A stretch of 56,762 bases of DNA, from assembly GCA_013180605.1 (NCBI GenBank), contig QBUL01000188.1, positions 1 to 56,762 of the forward strand, written 5' to 3'. The position numbers and the translations under genes were made by a program. This DNA comes from Candidatus Methanophagaceae archaeon GoMg1. Lineage in GTDB: Archaea > Halobacteriota > Syntropharchaeia > Alkanophagales > Methanospirareceae. Below are positions 26,069-35,386 of this stretch, in pieces. Every line of letters begins with the position of its first letter. The first letter of the stretch is position 1. The notes beneath the pieces were generated by a model. It ran no database searches. It was not told the origin of the DNA and worked only from the letters and a program-made list of their open reading frames with translations.

Positions 26069-27040
26069 ATGCTACTACTACGCCTGATAAACAGGATAAG
26101 AGCTTTAAGGCGACACGTAGATAAATTCAGGATTCTATCCCTACTCCTTTTCGTGCTCATATTCGGCTCCATAGCATTTTACCATTTTGAAAGAGGCAGT
26201 GAAGGAGTAGAAGAGATATGGGACGCCGTTTATTGGGTAATCGTGACGATTACGACCGTGGGCTACGGTGATTTCACGCCAAAAACAATGGGTGGACGGA
26301 TTACATTTGTGCTGGTTGCATTGGGGGGAATAGGAACCATTGCGTATGTAATTGAACAACTTGTATCTTTTTCTACTAAGAGTCAATTAAAAAAATTGTT
26401 TGGGTCGGGGGCGGAGAAGATGAAGAAGCATACCATTATTGTTGGCTGGAATACCAAAGCAGAAGAGGCGATAAAAGAGCTACGGAATGAAAATGAGGAG
26501 TTTTTGGTGGTGGGTAGCGAATTGGATCAAGCAGAGCTGAATGCGCGGGAGATACCTCATATTAGTGGAGACCCGACAAAGAGCGAGACGTTGAATAGAT
26601 GCGGGATCGAAGATGCAAAGACGATGATGATACCTCTGGAGAACGATTCTGAGACGATAATGATTGCTCTCGCAACCCGGAGACTGAATCCCGATATAAA
26701 AATCGTTGCGACATGCGAGGCGCGGGAGCACGTGGAGATGATGCGCGGGGCTGGGATTGACCATATAATATCTTATGCGGAGATAAGCGGGAGATTACTT
26801 GCTCATGCGGTCACAGAACCAGTAGTTGTGAATTTTATTATGGATGCTTCGACTTCGGTTGAAGGGTTTGACCTGAAACAGATAAAAGTGGGCGAGAAAA
26901 CGAAGTTGTCAGATATGTCGCGGGGTGCGGGTGAGAAGGTGATCGCGTTGTACAAAAGGGGAAGGTTTGTTTTCGAATTCGCGGCGGATGTTATGCTGGA
27001 GGAGGGGGATTATTTGGTGGTTATAGCTTCTTCGTGCTAA
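26069..27040 (+). CDS. RCK-domain potassium channel (MthK-like)
   Basis: Selectivity filter TTVGYGD, followed by a TrkA-N/RCK domain (IIVGWN...). The start lies 1 nt after the upstream stop. Confidence 0.85.
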   Translation: MLLLRLINRIRALRRHVDKFRILSLLLFVLIFGSIAFYHFERGSEGVEEIWDAVYWVIVTITTVGYGDFTPKTMGGRITFVLVALGGIGTIAYVIEQLVSFSTKSQLKKLFGSGAEKMKKHTIIVGWNTKAEEAIKELRNENEEFLVVGSELDQAELNAREIPHISGDPTKSETLNRCGIEDAKTMMIPLENDSETIMIALATRRLNPDIKIVATCEAREHVEMMRGAGIDHIISYAEISGRLLAHAVTEPVVVNFIMDASTSVEGFDLKQIKVGEKTKLSDMSRGAGEKVIALYKRGRFVFEFAADVMLEEGDYLVVIASSC

Positions 27041-27112
27041 ATGTTTTTTATCTATAACTCATGAAATATTCTGAAACAGGTCTTTAAAAATTTTTCGTTC
27101 TTGCGGTAGTTT

Positions 27113-27556
27113 TTATGAAAACCGCCCCAATTTTTTTAACCTTGAATTAATACCACCTCTTTGTTTTCCGAATAGTTCCATACGCTTTTCTATGGTTTTA
27201 CCGGATTCGTACTCGGCAATTAACTTTTCATCATCTTCTTTTGTCCATGGCTCATACGCTCGCGGATGAATTTTTTGATTTTCCTTTACTGAATATGTCC
27301 CGGATTTATCAGAATGCGGCTCTTCTTTGATGGGAAAAGATGGTTCATGTTCCTTACAATAATCAACAATTTCTTTTACGAATAAGTTCCCGTATTTCTC
27401 TAATTTGCTTTTAACCCATCGACCTAGTCTTTCATTAATTAAGGCAATAAGCGGTGAGACAAGTATCGTCACACCGTCCAAAAGAAGGGCTGGTAATTGA
27501 TAGCACAAAGATTTACCCCCGCTCGTTGGCATAAGGACAAAAACATCGTTTTTTAT
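27113..27556 (-). pseudogene. RecQ-family helicase remnant (motif I fused to a C-terminal HTH-like tail)
   Basis: [38 protein letters not shown] is the RecQ Walker A region, and homology runs upstream of the only ATG. The rest of the helicase core is missing. The tail [41 protein letters not shown] resembles helicase C-terminal HTH domains. Confidence 0.55.
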
Positions 27557-27577
27557 TTAAAAAGCCCCGTAACCTGC

Positions 27578-28522
27578 TCACTTCGCCCTCCCTGGACCTC
27601 CACCACCCCTGATAGTATATCCCGTACCCCTCGGCCTGACAATAGGACCTGAACCGTGACGATCGTACCTGTAAGGCGAGTAGTAGCCATACCCCCCACC
27701 GCATACCCAAAAGAAGCCCCATGGGTAATACCTCGTTCTCTCTCTGACTACACGAGTATCATTAACCGCCGCCGTCTCATTATCCGCAGAAACATTAAAG
27801 AACTCCCGCTGGAACGTTTCGTTTGTCAGCGCTTTTTCTTTCAACGCAAGCACCTCCTCGTACGACTTCCTCGCCTCTACGTTCACCGCCGCATCTATCG
27901 GTCCACTCAACTTGTGTTGAGGATACTTTATTGCATACATCGTCCCCGCAAGAGGTGCAACGTGCTCAATCTCTGCGGGTTCTCCTGATTTATACCTGAC
28001 ATCACTTCTCAACGATACGAAGTCATTTCCTTCCGCACGAATCTTGAATACCTCCTCTTCATAATCGTCTGAACCCGCAGCTATACAAACATATTTGCTG
28101 CGACCATCGGAATAAGTCGTAACATAAGCAACTATATCACCATTCGCACCAGAGAACCACGAATAATCCCAGTACGGCTCCCATCCACTACTCTTCTCGC
28201 TTTCTATCGCAGTTGTGACGAAGCCTATCTCCTCTAATTTGTCGTGCACCGTTTTATCAATATCCTTCGCCTCTCTTCCATATCTGTACATTATCCCGGC
28301 AACGCCATTTTCATGCACCTTCTGTGCACTGTAATGGTCTATCGAATCTCCACCAAGCGCGTGATATCCGAGGTAAGAAACTAAAGAAAGAGCTATTTGC
28401 TGGTCTTCTGTGTATTTCGGAGGTGCTAAAAGCGGTCCTATAACGAACGGAATCGAAGCCACAATGAGTATCACTATAACAACCATAGCTGCTATTATGC
28501 CTATATCCTCTTTAGCTACCAT
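27578..28522 (-). CDS. Membrane-anchored protein of unknown function with a Gly/Tyr/Arg-rich C-terminal tail
   Basis: N-terminal TM IGIIAAMVVIVILIVASIPFVIG. Tail GGGYGYYSPYRYDRHGSGPIVRPRGTGYTIRGGGGPGRAK. Last gene of the pspA operon. Confidence 0.5.
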   Translation of the reverse strand: MVAKEDIGIIAAMVVIVILIVASIPFVIGPLLAPPKYTEDQQIALSLVSYLGYHALGGDSIDHYSAQKVHENGVAGIMYRYGREAKDIDKTVHDKLEEIGFVTTAIESEKSSGWEPYWDYSWFSGANGDIVAYVTTYSDGRSKYVCIAAGSDDYEEEVFKIRAEGNDFVSLRSDVRYKSGEPAEIEHVAPLAGTMYAIKYPQHKLSGPIDAAVNVEARKSYEEVLALKEKALTNETFQREFFNVSADNETAAVNDTRVVRERTRYYPWGFFWVCGGGYGYYSPYRYDRHGSGPIVRPRGTGYTIRGGGGPGRAK

Positions 28523-28537
28523 TTCTTCTTATTATTA

Positions 28538-28586
28538 TTTGTTTTTCTTTTAGCACAGGTTTTCTTTTTTCTAAAAAGAAAAAGTG
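28538..28586 (+). repeat. Two-palindrome repeat element, half copy B4
   Basis: atttgtttttcttttagcacaggttttcttttttctaaaaagaaaaagtgtc, abutting the DUF350 stop codon. Confidence 0.6.
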
Positions 28587-29033
28587 TCACGTTATTATCA
28601 CCGCCATTGCCACCACCGAAACTGCGACATAAACAATCCCTGAAAGGATACCAGCCGCGATGTTCCCGTTACTTATTGCCTCTTGCAGTTTTATCTTCGG
28701 CACTAATAATATATCAAACGCGAAGAAAAGGAGTGTTGCAACGAGCGAAATCCCTATGCTCCAGCCAATTGTTAATGCGATGTCATGGCTCAGCGAACCA
28801 GACCCAGGTGACATAATCGTTGCCGCAACCACCAGACTTATTCCGAGCAACATCAAACTGAAAAATATCGCAACCGCACTATTCTTTCCTTCTATCGCTT
28901 CCTGCAAATCGAATTTCCGAAACACGAGAATATCGTAAACTTTCACCAACAGCATGCTGAGTCCTATCCCTATTACCAGCCATAAGAGTGCTACCCACGC
29001 CGTTACTATCATTTCATTTACCATTTTATTCAC
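28587..29033 (-). CDS. DUF350-family membrane protein
   Basis: 148 aa with 4 TM. Duplicated pattern FDLQEAIEGKNSAVAI and IKLQEAISNGNIAAGI is typical of DUF350 (YjfL-like). Confidence 0.7.
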   Translation of the reverse strand: MNKMVNEMIVTAWVALLWLVIGIGLSMLLVKVYDILVFRKFDLQEAIEGKNSAVAIFFSLMLLGISLVVAATIMSPGSGSLSHDIALTIGWSIGISLVATLLFFAFDILLVPKIKLQEAISNGNIAAGILSGIVYVAVSVVAMAVIIT

Positions 29034-29367
29034 CTCCTATTATTTTATCCAATACAATCTCTGCTTTACCACCCAGCATATTTTCCATGAGCTCCAGAAC
29101 CTTTTTCGCATCACCCTGCCCGCATGACATCACCTCTACGAATATCGAATTCTCTTCCGGATACGTATGAACGGCAATATGGCTCTCGGCAAGCAATGCA
29201 ATCGCTGTCAGTCCCTGTGGCGAGAACTTATGGCTGACGGTTTTCAGTAATGTCAAATCCATTAGCTTCGCCGCTTTCTCTATCGTTTCCTCCATTAACG
29301 CAATATTTTCCAGCTTTTCCACATTGCAATCCTTTATCAGTCCTATAATAGCTTGAATTCTTGCCAT
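29026..29367 (-). CDS. speH: Pyruvoyl-dependent S-adenosylmethionine decarboxylase proenzyme (SpeH type)
   Basis: 113 aa. LLAESHIAVHTYPE contains the ES self-cleavage site and the HTxPE motif. 8-nt overlap with the DUF350 gene. Confidence 0.85.
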   Translation of the reverse strand: MARIQAIIGLIKDCNVEKLENIALMEETIEKAAKLMDLTLLKTVSHKFSPQGLTAIALLAESHIAVHTYPEENSIFVEVMSCGQGDAKKVLELMENMLGGKAEIVLDKIIGGE

Positions 29368-29373
29368 TTCTAC

Positions 29374-29727
29374 TTACCCCGGGATTAAACCTTCGCCCTT
29401 GAACACCAAAATTGCCTCCTCGTAGCTCAAATCCTCCGGCGGAAGTGTCAAATCAGGCGTTGGAAACGCTTCCTCTTCGTCTAGCACCTCGTCTATCTCA
29501 ACGTCCTCACCCACGAGCAGTCCCCTCGACCTTATCAATTCAAATATCCGCGGATAAAGGTCATTGAATTTCCCTTCTGTAAGTTCGCCCCTTTCATTAA
29601 GAGCTGCAAGTTCGTTGTCCGGCTCGTTTATCTTGCTCAATATCTCCTCTTTGTTCGCTGCCGGGAACGCCCACGTCCCGCCACCAGAAATGCCAATTAA
29701 TAAATATTCACGCGACATTTTCTTCAC
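29374..29727 (-). CDS. Small acidic PspA-associated protein (function unknown)
   Basis: 117 aa. The start overlaps the pspA stop (GTGA). Acidic C-terminal half DVEIDEVLDEEEAFPTPDLTLPPEDL. Confidence 0.5.
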   Translation of the reverse strand: MKKMSREYLLIGISGGGTWAFPAANKEEILSKINEPDNELAALNERGELTEGKFNDLYPRIFELIRSRGLLVGEDVEIDEVLDEEEAFPTPDLTLPPEDLSYEEAILVFKGEGLIPG

Positions 29728-30470
29728 TTCCCCTTCAGCTCCTCGTCAAGTGAGGCAAGCGACCCTGAGACTTTCAGTTCTCGCTCGATTTCGCTTGTCC
29801 CCAAGTCCTCAGTCCCCGCAGCAGTGCCGAGTTCCCCCGATGCCTCCGCCCTCGCTTCTTCCATCCGAATCTTCTCCGTCATCCGCTGCACCGTTAAATC
29901 AACATCACCTATCTCGCCGTCTATTCCTGAGAGCGCTTCGTTAACGCGCTTACCCGCCTTCGCCATCGCGTAATCGGATTTTAAATCTGCTCGCTTATCT
30001 GCAAATCGCTGAATCTTCGCATTTAAATCCACCTGCTTGTCCTTCAGCATCCTCACTTTCTTCTCCATTTCCGCAACGGACTGCTGAAGCAGCGGTATTC
30101 GCTCCCTCGTCCTCGTCTCCTCCTCCAACAGTTGCGCCGCCGCACTGTTCAGTTGCTCCACCTGCAGTTCCGCCTTCTCGCGCTTCTCGCCCTCTAACTC
30201 CGCCACTCTCTCCTCTAACGCCACCGCCCGCTTTCTGTACTCCAACGCCTTGTTGTGCACCGAGCCCACCTTCTTCTGCGCCTCGTTCAATTCCCGTTTC
30301 TTCAGGTTCTTCGCCGCGATTGAATCTCGCACTGCGACCGCCACCTTCTTATTCTCCTCAACCAATTTCTCGTGTGCGTAGTCGAGTTGTTCCGCCGGGT
30401 CTTCAAATCGCTCTACTATTTTGCTCATCTTCGCTTTAGTCACATTTGAGAACCTACCAATCAATCCCAT
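29724..30470 (-). CDS. pspA: PspA/IM30 family protein
   Basis: 248 aa. MGLIGRFSNVTKAKMSKIVERFEDPAEQLDYA matches the PspA N-terminus. Long coiled coil. Confidence 0.85.
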   Translation of the reverse strand: MGLIGRFSNVTKAKMSKIVERFEDPAEQLDYAHEKLVEENKKVAVAVRDSIAAKNLKKRELNEAQKKVGSVHNKALEYRKRAVALEERVAELEGEKREKAELQVEQLNSAAAQLLEEETRTRERIPLLQQSVAEMEKKVRMLKDKQVDLNAKIQRFADKRADLKSDYAMAKAGKRVNEALSGIDGEIGDVDLTVQRMTEKIRMEEARAEASGELGTAAGTEDLGTSEIERELKVSGSLASLDEELKGK

Positions 30471-30482
30471 TTTTCATCACCC

Positions 30483-31031
30483 CTAAAAAAAATCCAAACT
30501 TCTCCTCGATAATTCATTTCCCCTATATACTTCCAGCCTTGCCCCTGCGGGCTTTTCCAAGCTGAAGATTTCTCCTGTTCGCTCGAACTCGCAATCGGCA
30601 TACGTTACCTGCGTTCCAACGGCAATGTCCCACGGAAAAGACCCCTCAACCAGGACTATTCGTGCTTTTCCCACTTCGTTCGCCTTCACTTTTTCCCCTT
30701 GAAAGTCAAATACAACACCTTCTTTTAGTTCATCCGGGTCTGGTGCATCCGCAGATTCGACTTCGTCAAGTAAATCAAGTGTCGTCCCTTCCTTTGATAA
30801 CCATTTGTGCTCTTCCGTGTCTGAGAACTCCAAATAGAACTCTTCCCAGCTCCCTCCACCCCAGTCATATACCAGCTTTCCAAGCACGGTGAAATCTAAT
30901 CCATCTATCGTTCCGATACTGCCTTCTCTTAATTCTTCTGATTTGGTATCGGGTCTAACCTCTCCCCGCTGCTTCTTCTTTTTTTCTTTTCTTATTTCAA
31001 GTATCCTTTTGCTTCGCTCGAATAATCCCAT
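30483..31031 (-). CDS. DUF4178-like protein
   Basis: 182 aa. DGLDFTVLGKLVYDWGGGSWEEFYLEF...HKWLS fits the DUF4178 pattern (G..f.V.G......W.Ey.l....WL). Confidence 0.6.
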   Translation of the reverse strand: MGLFERSKRILEIRKEKKKKQRGEVRPDTKSEELREGSIGTIDGLDFTVLGKLVYDWGGGSWEEFYLEFSDTEEHKWLSKEGTTLDLLDEVESADAPDPDELKEGVVFDFQGEKVKANEVGKARIVLVEGSFPWDIAVGTQVTYADCEFERTGEIFSLEKPAGARLEVYRGNELSRRSLDFF

Positions 31032-31143
31032 TCTTAACTTTTTCTTTGTCTTGATTTATATAATATAAGCGGGTATATATGCTTTTCGGTAGCCAATTCA
31101 TTCTATACGTGGAAATGCTCACACCATCGTATACCTTTTCATT

Positions 31144-32673
31144 TTAAATCCTTAATTTCCACTGCCATCTCCTCATCCTTCTTTTACCTATCAATTTGCT
31201 TATCTCGTCGCTTGTTACCATTCCAATCACGCTTCTATCCTTACTCACGACAGGTAACGCAGAGATGTTGTATTTCTCCAATTTGCGTATTACCAGTTCG
31301 AGGGGCTCATCCGAATCAGCGGTAATCACATTTCTTGTCATTATTTCTGCCAACCCTCTGTGTTGCGTTGCCACTGCCGTTGAGATATCCCATGCGGTTA
31401 CGATACCCACAAGTTTGTTCCCTGCTGATACAACGGGGATATGCGTAGTCTGTGTTTCCAAGAGTAATTTCGCTGCATCTGCTATGCTCGCCCGTTCACT
31501 TATTGTGGTCACTTCGCGTATCATCATATCCTTCACCAGAGGCAGTTCTTCCGTCTGTTTCATCGGCTTTAACACGGTATCCGTTGGCAGTCGCCCTACG
31601 GGCAGCGACAATAAAAACTCCCCCGCTTCTATTTCACTCTTTAACTCGTCCGCAATTCGCTTTGCCATATAAAAACTTGAAAGAGGCGATGTTGGCACTT
31701 CATTACCTTCTATTTCTATCATCCCTGTTTTTAACTCCTCGTAGGTGACTTTCCTCACTACTGGTCGTTCCCTTCTGCCAACGCCATAATCAAGCACTTC
31801 TGTTACAATAGCCGCATCTCTTATTCCCGTTTTCTTCGCTATACCCTCGTTCAGTACAGGTATCGGTATTCCAATACCCACATACAGTGTAACGCCATAT
31901 TTGTGGAATGTAGCACCACGGAGGTATTTTGTACTCATTTCCTTCAGGTTCCCCGTGACCATTAACGTTCCAAAGCGGTCGGCAGGGTTGTGCTGCGTTC
32001 CCGTTCCCACCACATATCCGCTTGCACCGCAAAGGAAAATCCTTGTTCCCAATCCTGTGGTCTCGAAATCGGGGTCGTTAGAAAGAGGAGAAAGGGCTCC
32101 TGCACCGCAATAAGTTGCATTACGATAATTAGGTAGTAGCGTGCCCATATAGGTATATAAAGTTCTGTCCGTGGAGTTCACCCCGACTTCATGCCGTTGT
32201 GATGAATTCCGCGGATTTATCATTATCGCTTGATTCACATCGTCAAGCGTAATTGTTGTTTCTATTTCTTTACGAGGATAGCAGTCTGTGCCGTAGCCGA
32301 TAGCCTTCATCTCTAATTGCTTACCCGCCACTAAATCCTCTATTGCATGCCCGCCACCATATTCCATTCCTTTCTCCTCGGACAATTGTGCTGCTCCTAA
32401 ATACGCATCTACCGCTGCAATTCCCGTATATGCTTCTACGTCGTTAAGCCACACACGCTGCATTTTTAGCGGGGGTTCGGAATGCCCGAAGTTGATGAGC
32501 ACACCTGAGGAACACATAGGGCCAAACGTCCCGGTGGTTACGACGTCTACTTCCTTCGCTGCTTCTTCTGCCCCTAACTCGCTCACTATCTCGCTCATTC
32601 TATCCGCTGTTACTACGCGAACACTGCCATCCCCGATTTTTTCGTTTATCTCCCCTATGGTTTTAGTTTGCAT
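31144..32673 (-). CDS. Homocysteine-biosynthesis protein (COG1900/DUF39 domain plus two CBS domains)
   Basis: VVTTGTFGPMCSSGVLINFGH, WLNDVEAYTGIAAVD and C-terminal tandem CBS. Start trimmed to ATG 32673 (MQTKTIGEINEK), because the upstream ORF part is repeat element E3. Confidence 0.85.
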   Translation of the reverse strand: MQTKTIGEINEKIGDGSVRVVTADRMSEIVSELGAEEAAKEVDVVTTGTFGPMCSSGVLINFGHSEPPLKMQRVWLNDVEAYTGIAAVDAYLGAAQLSEEKGMEYGGGHAIEDLVAGKQLEMKAIGYGTDCYPRKEIETTITLDDVNQAIMINPRNSSQRHEVGVNSTDRTLYTYMGTLLPNYRNATYCGAGALSPLSNDPDFETTGLGTRIFLCGASGYVVGTGTQHNPADRFGTLMVTGNLKEMSTKYLRGATFHKYGVTLYVGIGIPIPVLNEGIAKKTGIRDAAIVTEVLDYGVGRRERPVVRKVTYEELKTGMIEIEGNEVPTSPLSSFYMAKRIADELKSEIEAGEFLLSLPVGRLPTDTVLKPMKQTEELPLVKDMMIREVTTISERASIADAAKLLLETQTTHIPVVSAGNKLVGIVTAWDISTAVATQHRGLAEIMTRNVITADSDEPLELVIRKLEKYNISALPVVSKDRSVIGMVTSDEISKLIGKRRMRRWQWKLRI

Positions 32674-32693
32674 GATATTAATTATAGTCATTC

Positions 32694-32737
32694 CGAAAAT
32701 TATAACCACAAGATTACACAGATTTTCACGAGAGCAA
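32694..32737 (+). repeat. Repeat element E3, in the 5' leader of the COG1900 gene
   Basis: cgaaaattataaccacaagattacacagattttcacgagagcaa. Confidence 0.6.
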
Positions 32738-32802
32738 CACAAGGGTAGCAATAGCTTTTACGTGTTTCATTAGCGACTTTTTCCCCCTATTAAACGCTAT
32801 AT

Positions 32803-32927
32803 CTTATTGTATACTAAACTATAGCTTCTTTCTATTTAAGACACTGATTTATTTTCTATTTTCTTGTGTTAATCTCGTGAAATCTCGCGGTTTATTAATT
32901 GCAATTTGTTACTGGAATGACCATAAT
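32803..32927 (-). promoter_or_regulatory. Intergenic cassette (left-module variant F2 plus right promoter module) between cooC and the COG1900 gene
   Basis: Minus strand: attatggtcattccagtaacaaattgcaattaataaaccgcgagatttcacgagattaacacaagaa ... aaataaatcagtgtcttaaatagaaagaagctatagtttagtatacaataag. Confidence 0.6.
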
Positions 32928-32935
32928 ATACCCCC

Positions 32936-33724
32936 TCACATTATAGCTCGCGCTATTCTTCTTATACCGATAACCGACGGCGCATCGTCCGGTAAATCCA
33001 CAATGGGTACGCCTTTAAAGTCGTATTCCGGGATTAAAGGGTCAAAGGGTACTATTTCCTCTATGGTGAGACCGTATTTCTTCGCTTCTTCTATTATCAT
33101 CGCCTCCATGCCCTCTGGTATTTTATTCGCTATGTTCATCATTTGCTTCACGTTAGCATCTATTTCCTCGGCAATCCGCCTGAGCCGCAATGCCGTTTTT
33201 ATGCTCTTCAGCGTCGTATCCAGCACGACAAGCATCACGTCAACGTCCCTTGTCGTTCTTCTGCTGAGGTGCTCCAGACCCGCTTCGCAATCTATTATCG
33301 TGTAATCGTAGTTCTTCGTCAACGTGTCTATAATCATACGTATTATGTGATTTACCGGGCAGTAGCAACCCGGCCCCTCAGGGCGGCCCATAACCAGCAG
33401 GTCATACTGCTCTTCCTCTTCTATTATCGCCGCTATTTTAGCCTCGAATTGCGACCTTATGTCTAACGTAACGTCCCGATGCTTATCCTCCAGCAGACCC
33501 TCTCTTACATCACCCGCCGTTTTATTATACGATATCCCAAGTGCCTCAGGCAAGTTTGAATCGGCATCCGCATCCACGGCTAATATGCAAACGTCCGGAC
33601 CTGCAAGTTTCAGTATTTCCGTGATTAACCGCGCGGAAATAGCTGTTTTCCCTGTTCCCCCCTTCCCCGCTACCGCGATTATTTTGCCTTTTCGCATCAT
33701 AGGATTCTCCTCGTTTGGGTTCAA
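32936..33724 (-). CDS. cooC: CooC-type nickel-insertion ATPase (CO dehydrogenase maturation factor)
   Basis: KIIAVAGKGGTGKT P-loop, AVDADADSNL and the GPGCYCP CxC metal motif. Confidence 0.8.
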   Translation of the reverse strand: MNPNEENPMMRKGKIIAVAGKGGTGKTAISARLITEILKLAGPDVCILAVDADADSNLPEALGISYNKTAGDVREGLLEDKHRDVTLDIRSQFEAKIAAIIEEEEQYDLLVMGRPEGPGCYCPVNHIIRMIIDTLTKNYDYTIIDCEAGLEHLSRRTTRDVDVMLVVLDTTLKSIKTALRLRRIAEEIDANVKQMMNIANKIPEGMEAMIIEEAKKYGLTIEEIVPFDPLIPEYDFKGVPIVDLPDDAPSVIGIRRIARAIM

Positions 33725-33858
33725 AGTTCAGATTTGTACAAGAAGGCGTGGTTTGTTTGTTTTTTCCGGTTATCTAACCGCGGCTAAACCCGCGGACATT
33801 CTAAACCGCTAATTGAACTCACAGCTCACAGCACTCACCTTCACTACTCCAAACCTGT

Positions 33859-34005
33859 TTACTTCCCTCTGTGACTGGATTTCATTCTCAAATCCTTTGA
33901 CCCGCATTTCCTACATCTCGTCGCTCTGATCGCATTCCTTGCATTGCAGTCCATGCATATTTTCACACGGAAGAGTCTTGCTTCCGCCTCTGGGAATCTT
34001 GCCAT
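33859..34005 (-). CDS. rpl40e: 50S ribosomal protein L40e
   Basis: 48-aa ORF missed by the 60-aa ORF cutoff: [48 protein letters not shown]. CxxC...CxxC zinc ribbon. GAGGAGAGG 11 nt upstream. Confidence 0.85.
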   Translation of the reverse strand: MARFPEAEARLFRVKICMDCNARNAIRATRCRKCGSKDLRMKSSHRGK

Positions 34006-34116
34006 TTTCGGTTCTTACCTCTCCTCAGTATATCTACTCTACAATCCTGTATATATCTAGTGCATAAAAACCTTTAAATAATTTCACAAATAAAGGAAAG
34101 ATAAAAAACTAAATTG

Positions 34117-34245
34117 TTGACACAGATTAAGAACGCAGATTAACACAGATAGATGATAAAAATTAACCGTGTTCAACGTAAATAAATCAGCGTAAATCAG
34201 TGTTAATCCGTGTCTTAAATAGAAAGAAGTTACACGTTATATACA
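34117..34245 (+). promoter_or_regulatory. Complete intergenic cassette abutting the asd ATG (leaderless configuration)
   Basis: ttgacacagattaagaacgcagattaacacagatagatg ... taaataaatcagcgtaaatcagtgttaatccgtgtcttaaatagaaagaagttacacgttatataca-ATG. TTAAATA lies at -31 to -25 from the ATG. Confidence 0.7.
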
Positions 34246-35301
34246 ATGAAAAAAATAAAAGTAGGGGTATTAGGTGCGACCGGAAGCGTAGGGCAGCGAT
34301 TTATGCAGCTTTTGGACGGACATCCCTGGTTTGAACTCGAATCGCTGTTTGCTTCTGAACGAAGTGCGGGTAAGAAATACCGCGAGGTATCGAAGTGGTT
34401 TCTTCCCTATGAGATGTCCGCGGAAGCAGCGGAGATGGTAGTGCAATCGCTGAACGATGTGGATGCTTCAAAGAACAAAGACATCTCAATTATGTTTTCT
34501 GCTTTGCCTGGCTCGGTTGCAAGCGAGGTAGAGAAGAGATGTGCACAGGCAGGATATTGCGTGGCAAGTAATGTCTCGGTGCATAGAATGGAGCCTGATG
34601 TGCCTCTGGTCATTCCTGAGATAAACGCCGACCACTTAGCGTTAATCGAGATGCAAAAAGAGAAGAGGGGGTGGGATGGATTTATCATAACAAATCCTAA
34701 CTGTTCGGCCATCGTCATGACGTTGAGTTTGAAACCGCTGATGAGATACGGGATAAAAGAAGTGCGGGTGTCAACCATGCAGGCGGTATCGGGTGCGGGA
34801 TATGCAGGTGTGCCGTCAATGGCGATTCTGGATAACGTGATACCGTTTATAGAAAGCGAAGAAGAGAAGATGGAAAGTGAACCGCTGAAGATTCTCGGCA
34901 CAGTGGAAGAAGGTTCAGGAATAAAAAACGCCGCGTTCAACGTGTGTGCTTCTTGTCATCGAGTTCCGGTGATGGATGGACATACCGAGGCGATATGGGT
35001 AAAGTTTGAGGAAGGCGTAACGGAAGAAGAAGCTAAGAAGGCGTTTAATGACTTCACCACCGACATAAAAACACCTTTTGCTCCCGATAAGCCTATAATA
35101 CTGCGTGAGGAGCGGGATAGACCGCAGCCCAGGTTAGACTGTGATGCCGGGAGGGGTATGAGTATATCAGTAGGGCGAATAAGAGCAGGAAGAATGAAGA
35201 ATGAGGTGAAGTACATTGCACAGGGTCACAATACAGTACGAGGTGCTGCTGGTGCGTCCATATTGAATGCTGAAGTACTGGTGGAAAGGAAATACGTATA
35301 A
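34246..35301 (+). CDS. asd: Aspartate-semialdehyde dehydrogenase
   Basis: KVGVLGATGSVGQRF, NPNCS active-site Cys, QAVSGAGY and HRVPV...GH. Confidence 0.92.
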   Translation: MKKIKVGVLGATGSVGQRFMQLLDGHPWFELESLFASERSAGKKYREVSKWFLPYEMSAEAAEMVVQSLNDVDASKNKDISIMFSALPGSVASEVEKRCAQAGYCVASNVSVHRMEPDVPLVIPEINADHLALIEMQKEKRGWDGFIITNPNCSAIVMTLSLKPLMRYGIKEVRVSTMQAVSGAGYAGVPSMAILDNVIPFIESEEEKMESEPLKILGTVEEGSGIKNAAFNVCASCHRVPVMDGHTEAIWVKFEEGVTEEEAKKAFNDFTTDIKTPFAPDKPIILREERDRPQPRLDCDAGRGMSISVGRIRAGRMKNEVKYIAQGHNTVRGAAGASILNAEVLVERKYV

Positions 35302-35386
35302 AATCCTAATTTTATTCGGCTTTTTATTGAATACCAAATATTTTTAGGGTTACCTATTTATCCACCTAACAACATTAATATAAAAA

